This document shows, one piece after another, positions 12,908-23,129 of a stretch of DNA of 64,000 nt. The DNA comes from Phallusia mammillata (taxonomy: Eukaryota), in NCBI GenBank assembly GCA_965637545.1, contig OZ281494.1, positions 16,492,001 to 16,556,000 on the forward strand. Direction: 5' to 3'. Every line of letters begins with the position of its first letter. The stretch's first letter is position 1. The position numbers and the translations under genes are program-made. The notes under the pieces are model-generated. The model did not search any database and was not told the DNA's origin. It was given only the letters and a program-made list of their open reading frames with translations.

Positions 12908-13309
12908 TAGGGATGTGCCAAAACTGCAAATGTTCTGTTTGGTCGAGCACCGAGCATCTCACTTTAATGCTCGGTGCTCGGCCGAGCACGCTCGGCGCAT
13001 TATGACGTCACAAAAAATCCCCTTTCTACGTTTTAGCTCTACAAGGCCTCTTAAGTCACCGGCGGTGTTTTATTAAGCTGTACATGCCCATAAAGTACGC
13101 GTTTTCCACCATCTCGTGCATTTCAAAAATCATTCGTTTTTGTTCAAAGACACCCTTTAGAACACTAGTTACATATGTTAGAAGTGCATGAATATGCAAA
13201 TTTAACGCTCGGGTCAGTTTGTGCAACTGCTCGGCCGAGCACCGAGCATTAAAAACAGCGATGCTCGGTACCGAGTACTCGGGTTCTGGCTCGGCTCGGC
13301 GCATCCCTA
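12908..13309. mobile_element. hAT MITE with Ac-like TAGGGATG termini
   Basis: TIRs TAGGGATGTGCC / GGCGCATCCCTA; perfect TSD CCATTTAT (12900-12907, 13310-13317); many CCGAGC/GCTCGG subterminal repeats. Confidence 0.9.
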
Positions 13310-13954
13310 CCATTTATTGTGACAATGACATAATAACGCATGATGTTTCGCGACCCCAAAATTATATTCCGCGACCCCAATTTAGGTCAAGACCCACAGT
13401 TTGAGAAGCTCTGTTTTAAGCTCACGCTGATGGTGTGCTCTTACAATAACATTACAATTTAACCTCAAATAAACCTTTTTGGGTTAATATTGTAAATTAA
13501 CACATTATTAAAATAAGGAATGGCCCCAAAAGGAGATTGAATAATAATGATTTTATTCATAGTAGATTGCGTGGATTGCCTATTTTAGAGTAGGCTATAG
13601 CTTAAGCCGTTTTTGACGACGTTTTAACGTCCTATTCAGGTCGCCTTTATCAGAGAAATAACACTTCAATCGTCACGTACAACCCGAAACAAACAAAATG
13701 TTCGTGTTCCTTCGAACGCGTCTACGGTGACCTTTTAGTTCCTAGGATATATTCTAGCTGACATTCTCCACAAGGATCATATACAACACACCCTGTTCAT
13801 CTAGTTGAGCCCCAATTGGATCTTCTAAGTCAGGGGTGTCAAACGTGCGGCCCGCGGGCCGCATGCGGCCCACCAAGCTCTCTAATGCGGCCCTCAAACA
13901 ACCAACAAAAATTGTAGTATTTAGTCGGATTTTTATACAAACATAATATTTTTT

Positions 13955-14070
13955 ATTCAAAGTTGAAGCTATTCATTAAACAGACATTTTGCAGATAGAA
14001 TAAAAAAATAAACTATTCAAAGTTGAAGCTATTCATAAAACAGACATTTGCAGCTAGAATAAAAAATAAA
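13955..14070. repeat. About 60-bp tandem duplication inside the MITE
   Basis: ATTCAAAGTTGAAGCTATTCAT...CAGACATTT...GAATAAAAAA starts at both 13955 and 14015. Confidence 0.8.
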
Positions 14071-14117
14071 AATTTATATGTTATGAATAGAAACGATAGT
14101 AAACCGTTCCTCTAACT

Positions 14118-14436
14118 CAGGGGTGGGCAACCTGCGGCCCGCGGGCCGCATGCGGCCCTTCATCAAAGGTTGTGCGGCCCGCAGAGACGCTAGTATTTTA
14201 AAAGTACTGGCAAAAGAGTCCAATTAATACATATTTTTAAACTGATTAATGCGCCTCATGCTAGTTTTCTGCAATCTGGCCAAATGTGGCTAGAACCAAG
14301 TACGAATTATACTTGTAGTTGAGCATATTTGGTAAGAAACAAAGCAAAATCACTTTGTGTTATGCACATGTGCGGCCCGCGATCCAATTTTGACATTTGT
14401 AATTGGCCCTACAGTAAAAAAGGTTGCCCACCCCTG
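14118..14436. mobile_element. hAT MITE nested in 13831-15878
   Basis: Perfect TIRs CAGGGGTGGGCAACC / GGTTGCCCACCCCTG; perfect TSD CTCTAACT. Confidence 0.9.
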
Positions 14437-14699
14437 CTCTAACTAAAAATAGCGTTCAGTTTCAGTCAGGGGTGCACAACATGCGGCCGTACGGACACAT
14501 GCGGCCACAGAGACGAGTTTGTGCGGCCATGAACATGTTTATTAAAATACATTATATGTACTGGCGGCCGTGACGTAAATGAAACTCATTTGCCAAATAT
14601 TTTGACTTTCAAACTGTAGTTCTAAACAGATTTTGTGGTACTGAAAAGAGTTTTACCATCCTAACTAGCCATATGCGTCAGACTTTTGTGCGCCTATAG

Positions 14700-15519
14700 C
14701 AGTGGTTCTCAAACTTTTTTGACCGCGACCCAAATCTGAGTTTTATGAACATCTGACGACCCAAGCCTCAAACATAAAAAAAAGTATTTTTTTCTGATAT
14801 GCATGAAAAAGGCACAGACAACCAGTTGTAGTACACAGAACTATAAAACAGTGATTTATTACAAACAAATGATTGATTGATTGATTGATTTTAGAGTGAT
14901 TGATGAAACTGAAATTTTTCCTTTATTTTATCTTCAATGCACGGCTCTATTTTTCATTCGGGAGACCACTTCATATTTTATATTCAGTGAAAGATCTCAG
15001 ATTCGACTGTAACTGTGCTGTTCGATAACGAGACGGACTGCAATTCGTCGCTGCATAGGAGTCCGCCCATGTCAAAACCGATGCTCGTTTCGTTCGACAA
15101 CACTGAATAACACAGCACATATTGTGGCATTGCAGCAACATGATCATTGATAGAAGTGAATCCCAAACCTAAAAATGTTTCCTTGTACGAACTCATCCTT
15201 AAACGCTAACTGTTACATCTCCACCGTCAGTTTCGCATGATTAACTTGTCCTATTATTTTCCGTGTTATGACGTAACAATCGCCAGGTGCGTAACAGTCA
15301 AGTTGGAAGCCTATTGTCGTCTGTATGTGGTAATGATTGGTTCATTTTTACTGTACAATGTGGTCGAGTGAGGTGACTTTGCTACTACATTAAGTAACTT
15401 CGTTTGTGTTTAATGCAGTACTAGTTCGTTTGGGCAGAAGTGAATCACCATAGCGCGACCCATTTTTTGACCCTGCGCGACCCATGTTTGGGTCGCGACC
15501 CATACTTTGAGAACCACTG
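14700..15519 (-). mobile_element. Charlie-type hAT deletion derivative nested in 14467-15779 (third level)
   Basis: TIRs CAGTGGTTCTCAAA / TTTGAGAACCACTG; TSD GCCTATAG / CCCTATAG; contains a (GATT)n tract near 14871-14890 and a transposase 5' remnant. Confidence 0.85.
15090..15196 (-). pseudogene. N-terminal remnant of a Charlie/Buster (ZBED5/SCAND3-like) transposase BED finger
   Basis: YKETFLGLGFTSINDHVAAMPQYVLCYSVLSNE matches the family pattern Y-x3-L-x-LGFT...PQCVLC-x3-LSN, with the first Cys mutated. Confidence 0.65.
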
Positions 15520-16526
15520 CCCTATAGTGTACAAACAATGCGAAAAAACAGGTACCACAGGCATCACACTATAGATTATGACGTCATAAACAGTTAAGAC
15601 TGATCTTCACACTGTGCAGCTCAATCTGCGCATCAAGTTGGAAATTAGTCTGGGCTTTTGGGGCGTCAATAGATGGTATACATATGATATAAACCTATTT
15701 CTTTACATCTGTAATTTTAAAACAAGGTGAAATAAGGATCTGCAATGCGGCGTCGTGGCGAAAAGGTTGTGCTCCCCTGGTTAAAGTTGATAAAACTAGA
15801 TTAAAAATCACATGCGGCCCTTGGCATAATTTCCAACTGCAATGTGGCCTTCGAAGCCACATGAGTTTGACACCCCTGTTCTAAGTGACAAAAAAATCTT
15901 TCATAGGGTATTGAATGTCAACCGCTATGCCAAAGTCATCCAGCACATTACGTCCGTCCCAGCTTAGCGTAGGAAAGAGCAACGAAACATTATATTAGTG
16001 GAGTGGTGGAGTCTCAAGCGGATAGTGGAGTCCGCCTGGAATATCTCGTAGCCTAAAGCGGTCAGCACCCGTTTGGGGTAGTCTTTATAATCCAGAGCTT
16101 TACGAATCTTTATAAGTTCCGACAAACAAGATGGTGAATCACAAAACACTGTAGGCGTAGCTATTACGCAGATATGTGACACAAATAAGAGTTTGCAACC
16201 TTGTACCCGACTGCGGAGGACACTATTATACGTTTTTCGACCTTTGTTTGTATTTGGAGTTCGGACACAAAATCAAATAAGATAAACATACTAAGCTTGA
16301 AATCTAGGGAGTATATAACATGTTCGCTATTACTGCCACATCATATAGTTTCTTATTTTACCGTGGCCGCCAAGTGTATTCTTGTTTTTGTGTTAAAATT
16401 AAGGATGTAATGAAATAGGTTTTATCTTAATCACATAGTACGCCAGGCCCATTGAAGGCGCCACACCGAATCAGCCGGTCACCAAGCATTCACCACTGTA
16501 TGGCAAGGCGTAGGCTAAAAAAATCT

Positions 16527-16693
16527 AGCCTGCGGCGGGACTCGAACCCACGACAGGAGACTAGCGCTCTACCAACTATCCCCTACTAAGCTGACATGTG
16601 CAGCATACGAGGCAGGCAACGGTGCTTGTGATTCAACTCTCGGCGGATTCTCCACTGAGCCTGCGTAGCTCAGTTGGTATAGCGCGAGTCCCG
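16527..16693. pseudogene. Two divergently oriented broken copies of one tRNA-like sequence
   Basis: The minus copy (about 16578-16527) has TAGTTGGTAGAGC (A box), GGTTCGAGTCCC (B box), a CGCAGGC 3' acceptor strand and a T7 run. The plus copy (16659-16693) has a GCCTGCG 5' acceptor strand, TAGCTCAGTTGGTATAGC and GAGTCCCG. Both lack an anticodon loop, so the isotype cannot be called. Confidence 0.6.
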
Positions 16694-16714
16694 AAAAGAT
16701 AAAAATATATATTA

Positions 16715-16891
16715 CAGTTCAGCCGCTTCGCACCGGTTCTACAGAACCGTCTCACGAAATTTTATGAGTTTAGCGAACCGGTTAGCATTAGCCTACTGGT
16801 TACTGCCAATGCACTTTTTATAACATAACCCGCTGAAAAATATGACTTTTGTCATAGAACTGGCGGACAAAAAATTTGAATCCCACCACTG
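16715..16891. mobile_element. Decayed hAT MITE (CAGTGGTGGGATTC family)
   Basis: The right end GAATCCCACCACTG is intact. The left end is degraded but retains TTCAGCCGCTTCGCACCGGTTC...GAACCG. Confidence 0.55.
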
Positions 16892-17479
16892 AATATATAA
16901 ACAAATATATATATGCATAAATATTATTTCTGACTTGATCCACAGAATTAGTTAAACACCCTGACGATCATTCTTAACGGTTTATGACGTCATCATTTGT
17001 ATAGTGACGCATGTGGTTCCTGTTTATTCGCTTGGTTTGCACACAATAGGCGTACAAAAACTACCGCGTTTGACTATATTTAGCAAAAGATTTTAATTTA
17101 CGACACGGCCGATGTGGTACATTTTTTGACCCATTTATACCATACAGACATACATCTTAATACACACGTTCACGGCAGAAAAAACTCGATCGTCTCAGGT
17201 TGTGCACCCCTTGCGTTGACAAGATAAACTGACCGCCAATAGTGCCGCTCTTATGACGTAACAGTCCATTATTTGTCATGTTTGTCGCCCAAATGCTTTT
17301 TTGATCTCAATTAGGGTGATTTGATACCGATCAATCAGTATCTAAACAACGTTTAAAAAACGAAATCGGATATACCGAATCTTTGCCTAATCCGGATAGA
17401 TTTTTGTCCAATCGGGGCCGGTTAAGCGAGAAATTTACAATCCAAAAAATCCATTCAGTCACGCTTTTTATAAATTAAG

Positions 17480-17912
17480 CAGGGAGTCGAACCGTTTGTC
17501 ATATGGGTTCAAGTAAGGTTCGGGTTCGGTTCAGGTTTTTAATAATGTAAGTATATTTTCTGGTTCGGGCAAATTATCCGGTCAAACCAGTTTGCGGTTT
17601 TTAAACCGGTTCAAATTATTATTTATTTTAATTTAATTCTACCCATTATCTCGCTGGCCTTATCAAATCCAAAAGAATTTCACTGGTGCACTGTTATTTT
17701 TGACACGCCCTATTACTCGCGTATTCTTCACTGTTTTGAAAATAAATAAATCACAAGTTATAAAACAGACTGCATTTTTTACTGGTTCGGTTACGGTTCG
17801 GGTCCAACGCCAAACAAAATATGGGTTTCAACTCCGGTTCAGGTTTTTAGAAAATCGTAACTAGCGGTTCGGGTTTTTAGAAAATCGTAATTAGCGGTTC
17901 GGGTTTTCCCAA
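17480..17912. mobile_element. Decayed MITE rich in GGTTC(G/A)GG motifs, with a 30-bp tandem repeat
   Basis: Many CGGTTCGG motifs; unit CGGTTC(A/G)GGTTTTTAGAAAATCGTAA(C/T)TAG repeated about 2.4 times at 17835-17907; no clean TSD. Confidence 0.45.
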
Positions 17913-18004
17913 CCTTTTCGCAACACGGGTGGTTATAGCTTCTATGGGCCCCTTCGACTGTCCCCAACTACTTCCCGCCGATGTTTTGGGCTTGCTCTCT
18001 ATAC

Positions 18005-18219
18005 CAGTTTGTCGGCAACCGCTGGGCCGCGACGAGTTCGTTGCAAGGCCGTATACTTTTTCGGGTTAAATGCTTCAAAACATTTTGCCCACGTGTCCCG
18101 GGGATAAACCAATTTAGGCGTTTTAATTGCTAAATATTTGTAATTTTTTGAAGGCCGGTCCGCGATAAAATTTTAGTTTCAAAAACGGTCTGCAGTAGAA
18201 AAAAGGTTGCCGACCACTG
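18005..18219. mobile_element. hAT MITE, same family as 50082-50303
   Basis: TIRs CAGTTTGTCGGCAACC / GGTTGCCGACCACTG; perfect TSD CTCTATAC. Confidence 0.9.
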
Positions 18220-18446
18220 CTCTATACGATGCAGCTGCTGCTTGTTCACTCATATTACATTAATTGTGACATTCACCTGTTTTCGCTCCAGAACGTTTTA
18301 ACCTATTCTGATAAGGGTAACCCACTTTACCTGTAAATGATGTTTTAAATAACATGCTACATATGTTTTATTTTGTGTTGTCATTAAACTTGTTAGTCGT
18401 CAAACACGTGTTATGGTATAAATAACAACAAAAAATGGCTGTTTGT

Positions 18447-20714
18447 TTATGCTGGGGATATTTCTGCCTCTTTACGAAGAAGGAAACCAGGTAAGCCAGC
18501 GACGATAAACAAAATACCACTGATAAGACTCAGAATCCAGGAGAATCCAGTTCGAGTGCCTTTCATGCCACTATCAAGGTAGTTTCCGATAATCTTGGCA
18601 CTGTAAAAGGCCGTAAAACCGATCACAAGGGCACCTAAAAACATTTTTTTTAAAGATTTTTTTGGCAACAACAAAAAATTATATTTAAAGACAAATATAA
18701 TAATTGCAATTTCCGAGGTTCTCCACAGATAGGAATTTTGCAGAGAATGGTTGACATAATTTTAATACAAAAGGGCCAGAAAATGGGGCCTGCACCTAAA
18801 AGTACAGGTCCAAAACCCGGCGCTAATCAACCCAATTTTATTGAAACTCGAGCCCGAAACCGACCCGACCCGACTTACAACTGCGAATCGAGTAGCTTAC
18901 TAATGATTTTGTTCTTTTAAGTAACACAATGTACAAATCGTAAAATAGCGTATCAATTAAAAAAATAGTTTACAAAAATATTGCCATGCCAAAACTAAAT
19001 TCCACAGTATCCAAGGATTATTCCCAGTCAGTAATTAATCAGCAACTACTGTGAATCGCTGAGCTTATACTACAGTTCAAGACTTTAATCCATGCGAATG
19101 TTTACGTACATTTATTATTCTTACCAACAAAAATGAGAAGTGCTCCAACAACGATGCCGTTAAAGGGTTGGCCACGTGCTTCCGGTTTGATCGTCATAAA
19201 CAGAATCAAGGCAAGTGGTATCACACTTATAACCAAAGCTGCGATTAGAACTCCACCGAAAAACCCTTGAGACCCCTATAAACCTTTATGATTATTATTA
19301 TTATTTATTGTTCGGGGATCAAGTTTAATATGAAATTAAGGATACAATTACACTTGATTTTATTGAAAAAATGATAAAATCTTTGTTGAAAATAAATTCG
19401 GATAACAACGTTTGTAATGCATACTATTGGGTATGGTCTGATATGCATTTTTGCGTTTGTCACGACAATTCGTTTCGGCCCATACAAATTGGCGTATCGG
19501 TTGATAAATAATCTTCAAAATTTGCAGATTGAAAAATCGATATTTGATGAGTCTTTTGGCATTTTGGCATTTATGTTAAGAAAAACAACAGCACGAACGA
19601 AGATTCTTCAACTTAATATTTACGATAACCCTACATCGCTATTTGTAAAAGAAAACGTTTTTTTTACCGTAACAGCTTGGGAAAGTCCATCCGCGTTACA
19701 CTCGAAAGTTTTAAGCAGAATAGCATTCGTTGTTGGTAAAGTTGGATTGGGATTAACATAATCTGGATCACACCTATCATTGTCTGCAACAAAATTTAAT
19801 TGATGATTCCCATGTGGATGTGATGACACCTTTGTAACTTAAAATGGCGTCCAAAACCTGAACCTTACTATTATACAATATTATGAGTCAAATCCTGTCT
19901 GCTGGCCACATTTATTTTCTTAAGCATTCATTTTCTCATCAGATTTAACATTGCGGACTCATTGACCACAATTACGAAAACTTTGTAGCCTGACTGTAAA
20001 CAACTGCTTGCAGCGCAATAGTGTTTGATAGCTTACTGTAATGCCTGCACAAAACATGAGGAAAATGCTGACATACTTGCTAAAACATATTCCGTTGGTC
20101 CATTACATTCCCATTCATTTGTAATGAAGTGGAAGACGCACATCTTATAAAATCCGGCGTGTTGGTCCAGTTTTTTCATAGGCTCGATAGCGTTTCTGGT
20201 CGCATTTAGTCCCACCAACTTTCCAATACCTACTTGGAGTGCCATGATAGGATCTGCCAAGCAAGCAAGTTAGGAAGTTTGTCACGTTAATTAATAAGCC
20301 AAACTATACATACTTGGTGCTGGAGTAGAGTTGGCTGAAGCTGGCGCTGCAGTTGCTGTAAGTAATAAACAACACGTTACAACAAACCGTATATTTCAAG
20401 GTACGTTTTATCCATAGTTTCTTGTATAAGTCAGATGAAATATAAATTTTACCTGGCGGCATAGACATCAGCGTAAATAACTGCATCCTCATCTGATTGT
20501 AATTCGCCTGAAAGTTAGGCCAATTGGTTTCCAATTGCTTCAGTGTCATGGATGATTTGCTTTGAAGCTTCTGATCAGTTTTCTCCACGGATGCGGTACC
20601 CGGTATAAAAATCCAATGGTTTGTTCCGAGTCCCGTCCCGAGGAGGACAATTGCAACCACCCCAAGGAGAAATATAATGTATCCCAGAATACCGGGATTC
20701 GCTGCACTCGGCAT
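18447..20714 (-). CDS. PMP22/EMP/claudin-superfamily tetraspan membrane protein with a long first extracellular loop (5 exons, about 20714-20453, 20253-20080, 19783-19700, 19280-19126, 18636-18447)
   Basis: TM1 ILGYIIFLLGVVAIVLLGTGLGTNHW; loop motif GFYKMC...WEC; TM2-3 in the 19.1-19.3 kb and 18.6 kb exons; TM4 GFSWILSLISGILFIVAG. Internal splice sites are approximate. Confidence 0.75.
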
Positions 20715-21122
20715 ACTTTTTGGCTTAATATCGAAACTTTACGGCACAAATCTTGTTAAAAATAACTTTTCTGAACAACAACTAACTTTGTGTGTTGATT
20801 TTAACAATGCATCATTGTTATATCTTTCTGACGTATAAACAATAGTGACGTAAAAGTTCCTGGAATCTCATTGGTTGTCTATGAAGGTGGGTATGAAAGT
20901 CTACACAAAAACACTTTGTATTGTATTGTATTGTATTAATTTTGAAACCGTGCATGAAAATGGTACATAGGAATACGAAAACACTACACTAGCGCCACAG
21001 AATCGGGAAACAGCCGCAAAAACCTCGCGGTTGAAAATACGCCAATGTCAAAATTTTTACAAAAAAGGACATAATATTGTCAGACGCAGCAGCCGCACCC
21101 TTAAAAAGACTACGTTATAAAC

Positions 21123-21166
21123 AGTTAGGTACATCCCAAGTCTTGAGTTAGGTACATCCCAAGTCT
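21123..21166. repeat. 21-bp direct repeat in the divergent intergenic region
   Basis: AGTTAGGTACATCCCAAGTCT occurs twice with a 2-bp spacer. Confidence 0.85.
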
Positions 21167-22010
21167 AATGTTTTATACCAACTTTGAATACAACAGGGTA
21201 GATGAATGTAACCCACCTGAACAGACTTCACGCAGTAAAGCGATTATTGTTTTCGAATTAGACAACAAGTTTTGGGTATCGTTTTCCGTTTCTCGGAAAT
21301 ATGTATACAGCTTACTGTTTTTTTCATTGTTTGGATTTCATTCCAGCAAATCATCGTACAAAATGATATTCAATATCATATAGCAATATCAGTTATTGCA
21401 CCTGAGGTTAAAATAATAGTGATAAAAATACATTACAAATATGTCAGCGTTCTATGATCCGCAACATCACAACGGCATTATAACGAAGTTTTACGCTTTC
21501 TTTATCTTTGTACGAGCTTTTATCAACTTTTACGAAACTGTTACTTACGACTGACTCGTGATCGTGACTATGCTCGATTCTGCCTCACAAGCAACAACGC
21601 AACCCTCTGTAATTGTAAAATAAGTGTATTTCATAATCCGTAGCCAGCGGATGCTTGAAGTCCGTGATCGCGGCAGTGTACACTTCTTCATTAGTGTGAC
21701 AAGGTAGTTCACTAGCTGTTAGTAAGTCGACTCGACTTCTTGTGTTAGGTGTTAAAATTTGTTACTTGTTACAAAAGATTTTGTTGTTTTAACTTAAATC
21801 AACTCCGATTTGTGCAAATTGCAAACTTTATTATTAGTGTGTTTTGTTGTTTAAAAACTACTGGTGTTTGTAATTTGTATTAATTTAAAACATGGTTCGG
21901 TATTGTTCCTAAATTTTTGCATAACATGCATTTTACTTTGGTACATGCAATGTATAGTCAACACCAATGTAATCCAAGGTGTTTAATGTTACAGTTTGTT
22001 AACGAATAAC

Positions 22011-22958
22011 ATGCAGTATAAGGGTGTTCAATTTCTGCCAGTGCAAGTTTTACATAGATGTTACACGTCCATGCAAACTGCCAGTGGTAATGGGTTGGAA
22101 ACACCTGAAAGATTTCATCCTAAAGCAGCACCCCCAAGCCAGACTGACATTTCAACAATTAAAACTTTTGTTGCACATTGCAAAAACATGATGGTTTTGT
22201 CAGGTGCTGGACTTTCCACTGAGTCAGGTGTACCCGACTATCGATCCAAAGGTGTAGGGTTATATGACCGCATGAATCACAAACCAATGGAACATCATGA
22301 GTTTGTACGAAGCTCTGCTAGTCGAAAAAAGTATTGGGCACGAAATTACATTGGTTGGAAACGTCTTTCATCCCTTAAACCTAATATTGCCCATACAAAA
22401 CTAAGTCAGCTGGAAAAGGATGGGAAAATTAGTTGGCATGTAACACAAAATGTTGATAGTTTGTGTTCAAAAGCAGGTTCCAAAAAACTTACTGAATTAC
22501 ATGGGTGTGTTGAAAGAGTGACCTGTTTAAGCTGCAGAAATATTTCAACACGCAAGGAGCTGCAAAAAAGATTTCAAGAAAATAACAGTACCTGGTCTGC
22601 TAATGTATTGGGTTTTGGACCAGATGCAGATGTTTTTATTAAGGATGAAGATGTCACAAATTTTCATGTGCCAGCTTGTTTAAAATGTGGAGGTGTTTTA
22701 AAACCTGATGTCACATTTTTTGGAGACAATGTACCTGGTCATATTGTAGAATTTGTTTATGACAAGCTGCAAAAAAGTGATGGTTTGTTAGTTGTAGGTT
22801 CATCATTGCAGGTTTGGTCAGGATATAGATTTGTTTCTCGGGCATCACACTGTGGTATTCCAATTGCTATCATTAATATTGGTGCCACAAGAGCTGATGA
22901 CATAACCTCTGTAAAAGTAAATGCTTTATGTACACAAGTTTTAAAACATATTTTGTGA
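22011..22958 (+). CDS. SIRT4: NAD-dependent sirtuin, class II (SIRT4), intronless CDS
   Basis: Motifs GAGLSTESGVPDYRS, YWARNYIGW, TQNVD, ELHG, CLSC...CLKCGG, LKPDVTFFG, GSSLQVWSGYRF, NIGATR. First ATG is 22011. A probable 5'UTR intron runs from GTAAGT at 21722 to CAG at 21994. Confidence 0.95.
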   Translation: MQYKGVQFLPVQVLHRCYTSMQTASGNGLETPERFHPKAAPPSQTDISTIKTFVAHCKNMMVLSGAGLSTESGVPDYRSKGVGLYDRMNHKPMEHHEFVRSSASRKKYWARNYIGWKRLSSLKPNIAHTKLSQLEKDGKISWHVTQNVDSLCSKAGSKKLTELHGCVERVTCLSCRNISTRKELQKRFQENNSTWSANVLGFGPDADVFIKDEDVTNFHVPACLKCGGVLKPDVTFFGDNVPGHIVEFVYDKLQKSDGLLVVGSSLQVWSGYRFVSRASHCGIPIAIINIGATRADDITSVKVNALCTQVLKHIL

Positions 22959-23011
22959 CAAGTGTTTTTGTTTTTATCAAGTGCCATGACAAAATCTTAT
23001 GTAGCGTTTAA

Positions 23012-23062
23012 AATAAAGTTTCAATTTTTTTGCTTTAAACAATGACTTCTGTAACATTGCAG
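23012..23062 (+). promoter_or_regulatory. Putative SIRT4 poly(A) signal followed by a 3' splice acceptor ahead of LARP6
   Basis: AATAAA at 23012-23017, a T-rich tract, then TTGCAG ending at 23062. The LARP6 ATG is at 23130. Confidence 0.5.
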
Positions 23063-23129
23063 GTAATTGTAGTAGGTCTGTAATGTAAAAGGGTTTGTTA
23101 GTTAGATTTATTTGAATATAACTATCGGA

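Larger units (their letters stand above)
11233..13413. mobile_element. Old hAT MITE (GCGACCC family) hosting three younger insertions; left end decayed
   Basis: Right end GTTTGAGAAGCTCTG is followed by TTTTAAGC. GCGACCCC motifs occur at about 11593-11630 and 13350-13400. The left TIR is only partly recognisable near 11233. Confidence 0.45.
14467..15779. mobile_element. hAT MITE nested in 13831-15878
   Basis: TIRs CAGGGGTGCACAAC / GGTTGTGCTCCCCTG; decayed TSD GTTTCAGT / GTTAAAGT. Confidence 0.75.
13831..15878. mobile_element. hAT MITE, outer shell of a three-level nest
   Basis: Perfect TIRs CAGGGGTGTCAAAC / GTTTGACACCCCTG; perfect TSD TTCTAAGT (13823-13830, 15879-15886). Confidence 0.9.

Noticed and set aside
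13056-13404. ORFs in both directions over the TAGGGATG element
   Set aside because: They arise from stop-poor subterminal repeats and show no transposase motifs.
15964-16182. 72-aa minus ORF (KIRKALDYKDYPKRVLTALGYEIF), possibly a TE-protein fragment
   Set aside because: GTG start, no family motif I can name, and no termini or splice support.
17198-17213. Orphan GGTTGTGCACCCCTTG TIR, plus similar orphans near 30125-30145 and 55785-55808
   Set aside because: No partner TIR or duplicated target site.
11244-18219. Repeated GC-rich motifs (GCGGCCC, CCGAGC, GGTTCGG) as a CRISPR-like or novel repeat array
   Set aside because: They are subterminal repeats inside TIR/TSD-bounded hAT MITEs, with no regular repeat-spacer period, in a eukaryotic context.
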